Shown: piece by piece, positions 44,793 through 54,056 of the stretch
Layout of the letters: each line of letters starts with the position of its first letter
Position numbering within the stretch: position 1 is the stretch's first letter
IMG/VR virus record: IMGVR_UViG_3300036790_000408
Location: 70,437-134,436 of that record
Reading direction: 5' to 3' (one strand)
Length of the DNA: 64,000 nt
Source: a virus
Program-made: the position numbers and the translations under genes
Notes under the pieces: model-generated
What the model saw: only the letters and a program-made list of their open reading frames with translations
The model's database searches: none
Told to the model about the DNA's origin: nothing

Positions 44793-46049
44793 ATGCGACC
44801 GCAGCCCCCGACAATTCCATTCCACGATTTGACCAATCAACCCAGAGATGAATTACCCCAAGATTTAGTCGTAAGGTTTCACCGTTTCGCCGAGATATTC
44901 CCCATGATGACTCGGGAGGAACATGACGATCTGGTAACCGATATCGAGAAGCACGGTCTACGGGAGCCCATCGTTAAGTACGAAGGAAAAATCCTGGATG
45001 GCCGCAATCGCTTTGTAGCCGCATTAGAGGCCGAGGTCGAGATCACCGAGGTGGAATACGACGGCGACGACGCGCTTGAATTCGTCATGTCGAAAAACAA
45101 ACACCGCCGACATCTCAGCGAACCTCAAAAACACGACGTCGGCGCTGAGTACGCCAATCTTCGTAGGGGGCGCCCCCAGAAGGGAAAACCGGCAACGTTG
45201 CCTATTTTAGCTAAAGCAATAGAAAGGGATCGCGTTACCCAAGCTGAAGCCTCCAAGGTAATGGGCGTGTCGGAGCGATCGATACGAGCTGCCACCGTGG
45301 TTCATGAGAAAGCTATTCCAGCAATCCGGAAACGCTATAAGCAGGGACACGTCGCAACCCACATCGCACAAAAAATTGCCAGGATGCCCTCCGAGCAGCA
45401 AGAGGAGATCGCCGAACTTCCAACGAAAGACATCCCTGGAGCGGTCAAAAAGGTGCAGCGAGCAGTCAAGGAGAAAGAACTCGGCGAAGCCACCAGGAAG
45501 GCCGCCAAGAGGCTCGGAAGCGCACTCTACAACGTCATCTATGCGGACCCGCCGTGGCGCTTCGAGCCGCGCTCGCGCGACACTGGGATGGATCGGGCGG
45601 CCGACAATCACTATCCGACCTTGTCGCTAAGCGACATCATAGCGATCAAGGTGCCAGCAGCAGACGATTGCGTGCTGTTTCTGTGGGCAACCGTGCCGAT
45701 GCTGCCGGACGCGCTCCAACTCATGGAGAGTTGGGATTTCGACTATCGCAGCCATCAGGTCTGGGACAAGCAGCACATCGGCACCGGGTACTGGTTCCGC
45801 AACAGGCATGAGCTGCTTCTGGTGGGTACTCGAGGCGATATGCCGGCCCCAGCCCCAGGGCAGCAATACGAGTCGTTGATCTCGATCCAGGCGACCCGGC
45901 ACAGCGAGAAGCCGTTCGCATTCAGGGAGATGATCGACGAGCTCTATCCCACCGCTTCGAAACTGGAAATGTTCGCCCGTGGCGGCGACATTGCCGGCTG
46001 GGATCGATGGGGCTCAGAAGCGACCGAGGCGGAGGAAGCCGCGGATTAA
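44793..46049 (+). CDS. ParB-like domain fused to an MT-A70 family N6-adenine methyltransferase
   Basis: GLREPIV..ILDGRNR (ParB); VIYADPPW, LFLWAT, YWFRNRHELLLVGTRG, HSEKP and KLEMFAR. Confidence 0.9.
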   Translation: MRPQPPTIPFHDLTNQPRDELPQDLVVRFHRFAEIFPMMTREEHDDLVTDIEKHGLREPIVKYEGKILDGRNRFVAALEAEVEITEVEYDGDDALEFVMSKNKHRRHLSEPQKHDVGAEYANLRRGRPQKGKPATLPILAKAIERDRVTQAEASKVMGVSERSIRAATVVHEKAIPAIRKRYKQGHVATHIAQKIARMPSEQQEEIAELPTKDIPGAVKKVQRAVKEKELGEATRKAAKRLGSALYNVIYADPPWRFEPRSRDTGMDRAADNHYPTLSLSDIIAIKVPAADDCVLFLWATVPMLPDALQLMESWDFDYRSHQVWDKQHIGTGYWFRNRHELLLVGTRGDMPAPAPGQQYESLISIQATRHSEKPFAFREMIDELYPTASKLEMFARGGDIAGWDRWGSEATEAEEAAD

Positions 46050-46055
46050 CGGGAG

Positions 46056-46319
46056 ATGGACATGCAGACGTGGCCGAGTGATAAGCCGAAAAAGACGCCG
46101 ATGCTACAGGTGGAACTGCGGGCGCCGAACGGCGCTCGTATGGTGGCGTGGATCGAGAAAGAGCACGCGATCGTCGGCCGGCGAATGGATTTCAACATGG
46201 GCGAGGGGAAACGCACCCCGGTCATGGAAGTTATCCAGGCGTGGACCATCGAGCGAGACATCACTGAAATTTCTCAACGACAATCCGACCAGCGGGATTA
46301 TGGCGGATCGATACACTGA
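46056..46319 (+). CDS. Hypothetical protein
   Basis: 87 aa, co-oriented. Confidence 0.5.
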   Translation: MDMQTWPSDKPKKTPMLQVELRAPNGARMVAWIEKEHAIVGRRMDFNMGEGKRTPVMEVIQAWTIERDITEISQRQSDQRDYGGSIH

Positions 46320-46468
46320 GGAGGCCGGGGTGCCCAACAACCACATGGCGTTCTGGAACGCGATGACCGACGAGGTGGTGTTCGATTGGGATCTGATCGA
46401 GACGATAGCCGGGCGCCCCAAGCATCCGCGGTACTCACTTGCTCGAATTTTTCAGGAGGCCAGAGCGC

Positions 46469-46729
46469 ATGGAGCACGAACTAAAGTGCTACCCGTCGTA
46501 CTTCGACGCAATGAAACGAGGGGAGAAAAACTTCGAGGTGCGGCGTGACGATCGCGGGTTCCAACGCGGCGACACGCTGCAACTGCGCCGATATGAACGG
46601 ACATATGGTGGAACCTACACCGGCGACCGGCTTTACAAGCGCATCACCTGGATCCTGTCCGGCGGACAGCTCGGCATAGAGCCGGGCTATGTCGTGCTGG
46701 CCCTGGTTGACATCGGAGACCCCCAATGA
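46469..46729 (+). CDS. DUF3850/ASCH-like (PUA) domain protein
   Basis: HELKCYPSYF...GEKNFEVRRDDRGFQRGD; AGGAGG RBS. Confidence 0.8.
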   Translation: MEHELKCYPSYFDAMKRGEKNFEVRRDDRGFQRGDTLQLRRYERTYGGTYTGDRLYKRITWILSGGQLGIEPGYVVLALVDIGDPQ

Positions 46730-46941
46730 TCGTGCCCAGCAGAATGGAATGCGACAACTGCGGCCAGGTGAAGAACTCTGAGCACTTTTTCACCCTGCAG
46801 AAGAACACCTTTCCGGATCGTCACTTTTGTAGCTTTGAATGTCTCGAAAAGTGGGTTATGAAACGTCCTGAAGAGACACCACTAGGTAAAGCACACGATT
46901 TCGGATGGCGACCACGTACTGGATCCCCCTACTCATCCTAG
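46726..46941 (+). CDS. Small Zn-binding protein (TRASH-like)
   Basis: CDNC...FCSFEC. Confidence 0.55.
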   Translation: MIVPSRMECDNCGQVKNSEHFFTLQKNTFPDRHFCSFECLEKWVMKRPEETPLGKAHDFGWRPRTGSPYSS

Positions 46942-46986
46942 GCCTGGTGGCGCTCGCCGCGATCTCGATCAGTCTGGGGAAGTGAC

Positions 46987-47241
46987 ATGGTCACCGCTTA
47001 TGTGGTGATCCTCATTTTCCTCAGTTTTGTGCAGATTTTGACCATCGTGATGATCCACCACTTCTCCACCGAGCTGCAAAAACACATGGCGGACCACAGC
47101 CGGCACCTGCGTGATCTGTTCGATATTATCGACGGAAATCGTGCCATGAACACACCAAAACACGGCTTCCAATATGGCCGTATATACAGCGGAAAAGCAC
47201 CCGAAGAGGATCAAAATACCGACCAGAAAGCGGATAATTGA
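46987..47241 (+). CDS. Small protein with N-terminal TM segment
   Basis: Hydrophobic N-terminus, then a polar tail. Confidence 0.45.
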   Translation: MVTAYVVILIFLSFVQILTIVMIHHFSTELQKHMADHSRHLRDLFDIIDGNRAMNTPKHGFQYGRIYSGKAPEEDQNTDQKADN

Positions 47242-47280
47242 CCGCAAAGTCAGCGCTTGAATGAATTGACTTTCGATAAG

Positions 47281-47472
47281 TCAATTCGAGCGCGGGATAA
47301 CCCGCCCAGCTTTGTCAAAATTCGGCCTTAATTCAGTTTGCGCCTCATAGCTCTCGGCGAGCCCGAGCAGGCCGGTTTCCCAGCAGGCCATGCATATCCC
47401 CTCATTCTCCAGGAACGCCAGCTCAAAGCCGCCGAGAGGGGCTTTGCATTCGGTGCAAATGAAATCAGGCAC
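47281..47472 (-). CDS. Hypothetical Zn-binding protein
   Basis: CTEC...CMAC. Confidence 0.45.
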   Translation of the reverse strand: MPDFICTECKAPLGGFELAFLENEGICMACWETGLLGLAESYEAQTELRPNFDKAGRVIPRSN

Positions 47473-47725
47473 CTTCCACCCCCATCATGGCGACGATCGC
47501 CGCATTGATCAGGGCGTCCTTGGCTTCTGCCTCGGTGTTGTAGTAGCCAACCGTCGTTCCATCCCTGCCGGTGCGCACCCAGGCCTTCCAGGGCTGGGGG
47601 AGACGCGGGAACTGCTGGGCGATGCGTATGACCGGGCCAACAAAGAAGTGGCCCATGAACAGGTTGTCGCCGGGATCGGGGTTGTTGACGCGCCAGGTGA
47701 AGGTGGGGAACATTCGCTCTCTCAC
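47465..47725 (-). CDS. Hypothetical protein
   Basis: Coupled chain of small minus-strand ORFs. Confidence 0.45.
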   Translation of the reverse strand: MRERMFPTFTWRVNNPDPGDNLFMGHFFVGPVIRIAQQFPRLPQPWKAWVRTGRDGTTVGYYNTEAEAKDALINAAIVAMMGVEGA

Positions 47726-48045
47726 TGTTGGATCAATCCATTCGAAAGGATGACGGCGATCATGGTTGCGCTATCTTGGCACAGTCGCCAAGCGGTAATA
47801 TCGTCGCCGAGCGTCTTGGCGATTTCGGATAGCACGAGAGTGATGTAGTCGATGATCTCGGGGAGCTTCCAGACTTCATCGAGCTTCTCGTCGTAGCCGG
47901 ATATGGCGATGGCGAATTGCGCGTTTCGATAGTGCTGTTGTGATGAAATGAAACTCTGGGCGGCCAATATCCCCTCGGCTGACGACAGCCTGCCGCGCCC
48001 GCCGATGATTACAATAACCTCGTCAACGTCGCACGGATCCGTCAT
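47722..48045 (-). CDS. Hypothetical protein
   Basis: 107 aa with a GGA RBS. Confidence 0.5.
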   Translation of the reverse strand: MTDPCDVDEVIVIIGGRGRLSSAEGILAAQSFISSQQHYRNAQFAIAISGYDEKLDEVWKLPEIIDYITLVLSEIAKTLGDDITAWRLCQDSATMIAVILSNGLIQQ

Positions 48046-48491
48046 GACACATCCACGAATAGGGATGCCCCGGTCCGCGGCGATGGGGTCATCGCGAACC
48101 GGGGGTTAGCGCCGATCAGAACCCACCACCAAAGGGGCTATCGACCGGATAAAGCATATTGGTCACCGGTGCTATTTAGCAAGAATTTTATGCACCAGAT
48201 GCACCAATTTCACACAGTATCCTCCCGTGATGATCACGCTAACGTAAAATAAACTTCAGGGATAGTGCGGAGATTACCCACACGCGGAACTAGAATATTT
48301 CGATGTATGGTGGCATACTGTACTGTAGCGTACATTTGCGGTTGAGACGGAAAACTACCACGTGACGCCGTGCGGGGTATCCTCGTGGTAATTCTCACCG
48401 CGGCATGACGGGAGCCGTCCACGGATACCCGTCCATAACATTCGACGGCCGAGTCGCTAGCTCGGTTTGTTCTTCACGTTTTCGTTGTGGG

Positions 48492-48758
48492 CTAGCTCTG
48501 GGGTAGGTGGGCAGTGCCGCCGAGCACATCACCCAGGCTGATGCCTTGGGCCTCGGCCTCGGCCCGCTGTTCGTCGGTCATGGACCTCCAGGTGGTGGTC
48601 AGGTGTTCGGCCATGAAGGCGTCGGTAGCGGCCATGATGACATCGGCGAGGCCGAGCGCCAGAATGTCCTGCACATCCTGGCCGAACGGTGGCGGCACCG
48701 GGAAGAGCAGCAGCCGGGCGAATTTGAGCGCGGTCTGGTTAAATTCCGATTGTTCCAC
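48492..48758 (-). CDS. Hypothetical protein
   Basis: AAGGAG RBS before the GTG start. Confidence 0.5.
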   Translation of the reverse strand: MEQSEFNQTALKFARLLLFPVPPPFGQDVQDILALGLADVIMAATDAFMAEHLTTTWRSMTDEQRAEAEAQGISLGDVLGGTAHLPQS

Positions 48759-48820
48759 GGCAAGGCTCCTTGGTGGTGATTTTGAAATTCCAGCCGCTCA
48801 GGAAACGGCATTAAGTTGCG

Positions 48821-49357
48821 TCAGAGGGGTTTGACGTAGGTCCATCCATATGACGCCGCGCGGCTTGGGGTGCGGTGAGCGACCCCTACGGCTTTCCAGG
48901 TCTGATCGGTCCAGAGGGCGGGGAAGTCGACCGGTTCGGAGTCTTTCACCAGTATGCCGTGGAGGGTATGCCATGTGAGGTTCCTGGTGCCTGCAGGAGG
49001 TTCGCAGTTGGGGATATGTTCGCTGCGCCGGGTGCGTTGGATGGTTAGGCGAAAGCAGACGACGCAAACATCGGTGCGCAGCCATCTGCCCTCGGTGTGG
49101 CCGAATTTGCAGGGGGCATCATAGTATCTCGTGGCGGGTGGCTTGACCTCGGCCGGATGGTCGATCCGCCACTGGCGGATCCTGGCCAGGTCCGCGTCGA
49201 CATTCGCCTGGCACTGGACGCAGCGACGATTATGGACATAACGCTCGGTCAAATGCCCACGGATGCAGGGTTTGACCGCGGGGAAGGTGTCCTTGCCAGC
49301 TTTGATGGCGGCATTGCGAGCCAAGCGGGAAGCGTGCTTAAGGTCAAGCTCGCTCAC
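48821..49357 (-). CDS. Protein with two CxxGH..R..CxxC Zn modules
   Basis: Start reassigned to GTG 49357 (GTGA overlap). Modules: PCIRGHLTERYVHNRRCVQC and PCKFGHTEGRWLRTDVCVVC. Confidence 0.6.
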   Translation of the reverse strand: MSELDLKHASRLARNAAIKAGKDTFPAVKPCIRGHLTERYVHNRRCVQCQANVDADLARIRQWRIDHPAEVKPPATRYYDAPCKFGHTEGRWLRTDVCVVCFRLTIQRTRRSEHIPNCEPPAGTRNLTWHTLHGILVKDSEPVDFPALWTDQTWKAVGVAHRTPSRAASYGWTYVKPL

Positions 49358-49602
49358 GGCATATTCTCTTTCATGAGGTCGAGGACGGTCTGTCCGACCA
49401 CCATGACGGCCTTGGTTCCGGCTTCCCACATAGCTGTTGCAACGCCCTCGATCAGGATGGCTCGGAGGTCCGGATTGAGTTCGTTGAATGGGGTGTCTTT
49501 CCCGTCCTCCGAGGTGCATTGGAGCATGGCTTTGGCAGCGCCAGCCGTGGCCTGGATGGCCTGCTGCTGATGTTTGATCTGGGCGGGAGATAGTTCAGCC
49601 AT
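49354..49602 (-). CDS. Hypothetical protein (paralogue of its neighbour)
   Basis: 82 aa, coupled. Confidence 0.55.
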   Translation of the reverse strand: MAELSPAQIKHQQQAIQATAGAAKAMLQCTSEDGKDTPFNELNPDLRAILIEGVATAMWEAGTKAVMVVGQTVLDLMKENMP

Positions 49603-49876
49603 GGTCGAGATCCTTGACGAATTTTTTGAATTCCAGAAGAGAGACAGCCTCCCCGATGAACAGCCGGGCTTGGTCGACCATCACCTTGGAGCATCCTTCG
49701 ATCATGGCTGCGCGGATCAGGTCGGGTAATTTTGAGAACTGCGAAGTCCCGTCGGCCGGATCGACGATGCCCCTGGTCAACAGCGAAATTGACAGATCGC
49801 GTACTTGTCGTTCGATGTGCTCGTTGGACGGATCGGGTGGCTGTGACTGGTCGGAACTGACGTCTTCATGCTCCAT
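49595..49876 (-). CDS. Hypothetical protein (paralogue of its neighbour)
   Basis: 93 aa, coupled. Confidence 0.55.
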   Translation of the reverse strand: MEHEDVSSDQSQPPDPSNEHIERQVRDLSISLLTRGIVDPADGTSQFSKLPDLIRAAMIEGCSKVMVDQARLFIGEAVSLLEFKKFVKDLDHG

Positions 49877-50117
49877 TCTTCTGCTCCTTCAGCCTGGCCC
49901 GGTAGGCCTGATGATAATCCGGATGCTGACGCAGCCAGTTTGCTCGGGAGGCTTGGCTCTGGGGCTTGAGCGCGTGCGCCTTGGCACACTCGACGCAAAC
50001 CGACCCGCTGGTATAGCGCAGGGAGTGATGACCCTGCCGACAGGGGTAGCCGGGATCGTAAAACCGGTCACCCTTGGCCATGGCAAGCTGCCGCGGGGAG
50101 TTGGGGTCCAGCCTCAT
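49866..50117 (-). CDS. Protein with one CxxGH..RY..CxxC module
   Basis: PCRQGHHSLRYTSGSVCVEC. Confidence 0.6.
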   Translation of the reverse strand: MRLDPNSPRQLAMAKGDRFYDPGYPCRQGHHSLRYTSGSVCVECAKAHALKPQSQASRANWLRQHPDYHQAYRARLKEQKNGA

Positions 50118-50273
50118 GAGTGCTCCGAAATATTGGATTTCTTATATTTCGGTTGGAGGGCGAAGGGAAGAGAAATATTTGACTGATAGGTGGTGTGGAA
50201 TAAAGTGTTATGGTTCAGTGTTATGTATATACGGATGTAGTGTGTAAACCCGGTGATCCGGGAGACTTTTTGG

Positions 50274-50990
50274 TCATTCGCAGACCAGTCGTTGCCCTTT
50301 CGAGCGATTGCAGGAGCGGTGGGCGACCTGGAGGTTGGAGCGATGGTGCGTGCCGCCGGCCGAGATTGGGATCCGATGGTCGATCTCTCGCGGCTGGTCC
50401 TGGTCGATGGGCTGGGTGCAAATGCCGCACAGGCCGTCATGGTTGGCGAGGAGCCATATGGCGTCAGATGGCTTGATCTTGCCCACTCTGGCCCTGCTGG
50501 CGTTCTTTGAGGCGCGCTTGCACACCACACAGGATCCAGAAGCCCAGCGACCTTCTGTGTGGCCTCTGCGGCAGGATATGGAGCCGGCACCGAGCTTTCC
50601 CGACACCCTTATGGTCGGCGCTTGTCCTCGTCGCTCTTTTTCGTTCGATACCGCGACGCATCTAAGGCAGGTGGTACTCGATGTGTATCTCAGGCTGCCA
50701 TGCCCGGCCTTTTTACAGGGTTTTCCTAGATAAGTCAGGGCACCGGCTGCTTTTGCCACAGAGCGCGGGGAAGTCCCTCGTGGGAATTTGGATCGAGGCA
50801 TCCTCGGCACTCTGGCCCTTCCGCCTCTCCATCGCCGCTTCTTCTCTCTACCGCACTTGGTACACCGACCATCCGACACAAAGCGTCCGACGGTATTGGG
50901 GTGGCCGTTGCGGCAAGATTTCCCGACAAACGTCTTGGCTCCAGCCATAAAGGCCGCGGCCCTGGCTGCTTTGGATGCCGTAAGGTCCAA
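50274..50990 (-). CDS. HNH endonuclease with three N-terminal CxxGH..CxxC modules
   Basis: C-terminal CGICTQPI...EIDHRIPISAGGTHHRSNLQVAHRSCNRSKG. Confidence 0.82.
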   Translation of the reverse strand: MDLTASKAARAAAFMAGAKTFVGKSCRNGHPNTVGRFVSDGRCTKCGREKKRRWRGGRARVPRMPRSKFPRGTSPRSVAKAAGALTYLGKPCKKAGHGSLRYTSSTTCLRCVAVSNEKERRGQAPTIRVSGKLGAGSISCRRGHTEGRWASGSCVVCKRASKNASRARVGKIKPSDAIWLLANHDGLCGICTQPIDQDQPREIDHRIPISAGGTHHRSNLQVAHRSCNRSKGQRLVCE

Positions 50991-51573
50991 GTCGACATTT
51001 CCTATTTTGATATTTTTGAAAATCCAGTGATCGTCTGTGAGTATAGCAGATTGGGGGTTCTTGTTTCAAAAATTTTGAGGCTCTGCATGTGCTCGGTGAC
51101 GGAGTCTTCGAATAGAAGTGAGACTCCGCGTTGGTTCGTGGATGGGACCCGCCTCGTATTGGGCATGTTGTGGCTCAAAACCCAGCCTCATAGGCCGAGT
51201 ACACTCCTATCGTGGACTGGTGGAACGCACCAGGTTCGACGCTCTCACGGGCCTTCTGAGAGCCACTAGATGTAGATGTGACAGTAGACCCTACTCTACT
51301 GTCATACTCACGCTTACGTGACTTGTGTCATAGTGTGAGAAATGCTAGGACTACGGCCGGTTAGGCTAGTGGTCATGAGTGAGTACGGTGACGATAGTCA
51401 CCGCCCCCACCCGCTCTTTCGGGACAAAATCCTCTTTCCCGATGACCATTCAAATCCCCTACCTAACCGGAGGCTTTGTATATACATAGCCCAATAACTG
51501 GCGGAAATCCAGCGTATTCTGGCATGCAATGTAGCGCATGCTCGTTAAAATGATAAAAACTATGCATTTCCTC

Positions 51574-51602
51574 TTTACATATATGCATTCCTGATCCATG
51601 TT
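51574..51602 (+). promoter_or_regulatory. Repeated promoter, degenerate copy (TTTACA-TATATG-N11-CATGTT)
   Basis: Same architecture as the copies at 52501, 54988 and 56174. Confidence 0.5.
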
Positions 51603-52005
51603 CCTCTCTCGCTTAATGCGTTGGGAGGCTTCTCATGCTCTACCGGGTCACTGCACAGTGTATCATTGGTATCCAACGGATATCTCGGGTCATATATGCT
51701 GTTGACGATACTGCGGCACTCCGGGCGGTTGCCTCAGTACTGCAGGATCATGGATACTATGTGATTGATATCACACCGGTTTAGCGCTCGTTTGGGCGCT
51801 TGCCGCTCCGCGTCACCGGGCTCTCGTGCTGCGCATCGAGCCGCTCCGCGTCTCGACCCTGCGGGCTTCGATCCCTAGCGCGTCCGTGTCAAGCCCCGTC
51901 AGTCCGGATCAGTCACGCGCACCCGATTAATCGACCGCACGACTATCTCGCTTTTCGACCATCGATTTGCCGGCCTTCAGACCTACCACCAAAGGCTTTA
52001 ACACT

Positions 52006-52260
52006 ATGAAAACTCTATCGGTCGTCTCACTCTGCCTAACCCTCTCAGCACCCGCCCTAGGCGCGGCACACGATAGGTATTTCATCAACGGCACCCAGTA
52101 CGACATCACCTACGGCGACCCAGTCGAAACACCACTCGGGACCATCGCGCAGGAAACCGTCACGCAACACGATGATCGCGGTCACGTGCGCCAGTGGACG
52201 GCTTGCGAGCTCCAAACCAAACAAGGCTGGACTGAAACCCAATGCCCGGAGTCAGACTAA
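52006..52260 (+). CDS. Small secreted protein
   Basis: Signal peptide; C-terminal WTACE..GW..C. Confidence 0.55.
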   Translation: MKTLSVVSLCLTLSAPALGAAHDRYFINGTQYDITYGDPVETPLGTIAQETVTQHDDRGHVRQWTACELQTKQGWTETQCPESD

Positions 52261-52475
52261 TGCGCAACGCAAGCCATACCGACGCCAATGGGCAAAAACG
52301 CCTTATGGCGACCAGCGTCGGCGAGGATAGCGAACATTGGATCGCCCGCCCCATCATCTATACCGCTGGCGACTATGGCTGCGATGTCGTCGGCGACGGC
52401 ACATTCCGCATGGTGCCGTCTGGCGATATCGTCGATTACGCCGAACGCTGCCGCAGATTGAACAAACGAAAATAA
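52260..52475 (+). CDS. Hypothetical protein
   Basis: TAATG-coupled. Confidence 0.45.
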   Translation: MRNASHTDANGQKRLMATSVGEDSEHWIARPIIYTAGDYGCDVVGDGTFRMVPSGDIVDYAERCRRLNKRK

Positions 52476-52500
52476 TTCGTACGATCCTTCACTTTCTCTC

Positions 52501-52529
52501 TTGACTAATATGCACCGTCAGTCCATATT
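52501..52529 (+). promoter_or_regulatory. Repeated sigma70-type promoter TTGACT-N17-CATATT with internal AATATG/CATATT inverted repeat
   Basis: Read directly; followed by a GAGGA RBS and ATG 52560. Confidence 0.7.
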
Positions 52530-52559
52530 GCATCTATCAGCACGAGAGGAAACCACATC

Positions 52560-52772
52560 ATGTCCGACGCCGAACAAATCGCTGCTTTCCTTGCCACCCG
52601 TGGCGCCACAAAGGTCGCGGAAGGCGAATGCGCGATGGACCACCGCGCCATGTACCGCGCTGTCCGCGGCGAGCGGTCCGATCCTACGCAAGAGCGTCAC
52701 CTACGCGCGATCGATCACATGGGCCGCGAATTGTGGGTCAATGGCCTGGGCGAGCCTGTATGCATCGTCTGA
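52560..52772 (+). CDS. Hypothetical protein
   Basis: Promoter plus RBS upstream. Confidence 0.6.
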   Translation: MSDAEQIAAFLATRGATKVAEGECAMDHRAMYRAVRGERSDPTQERHLRAIDHMGRELWVNGLGEPVCIV

Positions 52773-52835
52773 TAGCCTGGGAAGCCGGGTTCGCCCGGTT
52801 TCCTCGACTACCAGAAGCCAAGGGGAGTTAGTTTG

Positions 52836-53087
52836 ATGACACCAGCAATGCATTTATCAGCCATTAAGGCTTCGTATTCTCATTATCCCGATGCCGCCAC
52901 AATTTCCCATGATCTAGAACGCGCGTTTTCGCTTGGTCATGAGTTCGGCCTTGAGCGCGCGGCCGAGTTAGTGGATCGGTGCAATCGGGAAGGACCATAT
53001 AACGCCATTGGCGCGGCATCCCGGATACGCGCGTTGGAAGTTGTGACAGTCGCTCCAGTCAATACGATCGACAAAGATTTCATATAA
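52836..53087 (+). CDS. Hypothetical protein
   Basis: Starts within repeat copy 1. Confidence 0.55.
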   Translation: MTPAMHLSAIKASYSHYPDAATISHDLERAFSLGHEFGLERAAELVDRCNREGPYNAIGAASRIRALEVVTVAPVNTIDKDFI

Positions 53088-53132
53088 ACACTGTCAACAT
53101 CGCCACACTGGAAGCCAAGGGGAGTTAGTTTG

Positions 53133-53312
53133 ATGACACGCATTGACGCTATCAATGAAGCAGTCTCACAGTCTCAAGCAAACAGTGGAGACAGGAGATA
53201 CGCAGTCAAATGGAACCATCCTGATGGCGAACATTGGACGGTAGAAACGCGCAAACCAAGTCTCGCTGGCGAATGCATTCTCGCGATTGACGGAGCCCTA
53301 GAACATGCATGA
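53133..53312 (+). CDS. Hypothetical protein
   Basis: Starts within repeat copy 2. Confidence 0.55.
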   Translation: MTRIDAINEAVSQSQANSGDRRYAVKWNHPDGEHWTVETRKPSLAGECILAIDGALEHA

Positions 53313-53787
53313 CATTATAACAGATATACCACTCCACCACACCGATGATTTGTCAGTTGACTCTTTCGCGTCTGCGATGAAGCGTAAAATGTCAATTTCC
53401 AGGGGCAAGGGACGCTCGGGTTGGGAAACCTGCCCCATTGCTGATTTGTGGGACATGCTTCGTGAACATATCATCAAAGGCGATCCTGTTGATGTAGCAA
53501 ACCTCGCCATGATGATTTGGCACAATTGTGTTTGTCCTCACGACCGCCCCCTACATCAACACGACAATCGTTTGGGCGATATTCTTGCCCAGGGTCCAGT
53601 TAATAGTATGAGCGAACAAGATAGCGAAGGGTCTTACATTCTCCTGACATTTACAATCGATAGCGGGAATATTCAAAGAATGCGCATTTCACACGGTCAA
53701 GCTGAGCTACTGAATGCGGAAATACATAACATTCTAGAGCGAAGGGAAACGCTGCAGCATTCGGGGCCGAAGCATAATTTCGTTTGA
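53305..53787 (+). CDS. Hypothetical phage protein
   Basis: KMSISRGKGRSGW..C....L...L.EH..KGDPVDVANLAMMIW, a pattern I recall from phage proteins. Confidence 0.6.
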   Translation: MHDIITDIPLHHTDDLSVDSFASAMKRKMSISRGKGRSGWETCPIADLWDMLREHIIKGDPVDVANLAMMIWHNCVCPHDRPLHQHDNRLGDILAQGPVNSMSEQDSEGSYILLTFTIDSGNIQRMRISHGQAELLNAEIHNILERRETLQHSGPKHNFV

Positions 53788-53872
53788 CACCATACCCGAT
53801 AAGGATCAAAGCCCTGCGGGGAGAATGGCCGTCATAACTACTACTCAATCGAAGCCAAGGGGAGTTAGTTTG

Positions 53873-54052
53873 ATGCTTCAACATCGCGCAGCGACCGCCC
53901 TAGATCGCACTCACTGCTATCAAGGTGTATTTCTAAATGAACCGCCATTCATCAAGTCCCGCCTCTATCTGGCGGCATGGCTTGACGGCAAGCGGATGAA
54001 GCAAACGTTCATCATCGCTTGTTGTCGCTATCTCGAAATGGCGCGCGGATAG
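53873..54052 (+). CDS. Hypothetical protein
   Basis: Starts within repeat copy 3. Confidence 0.5.
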   Translation: MLQHRAATALDRTHCYQGVFLNEPPFIKSRLYLAAWLDGKRMKQTFIIACCRYLEMARG

Positions 54053-54056
54053 CGCC

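Larger units (their letters stand above)
52814..53875 (+). repeat. Three identical 25-bp repeats GAAGCCAAGGGGAGTTAGTTTGATG at gene starts
   Basis: Copies at 52814-52838, 53111-53135 and 53851-53875, each containing the RBS and in-frame TTG-ATG. Confidence 0.9.

Noticed and set aside
48405-48455. Group II intron domain V (GAGCCG...ACGGC)
   Set aside because: Stem length and bulge do not fit domain V, and there is no RT/maturase nearby.
51200-51270. tRNA-like GGTTCGA with an upstream hairpin
   Set aside because: No acceptor stem, D-arm or anticodon arm could be built around it.
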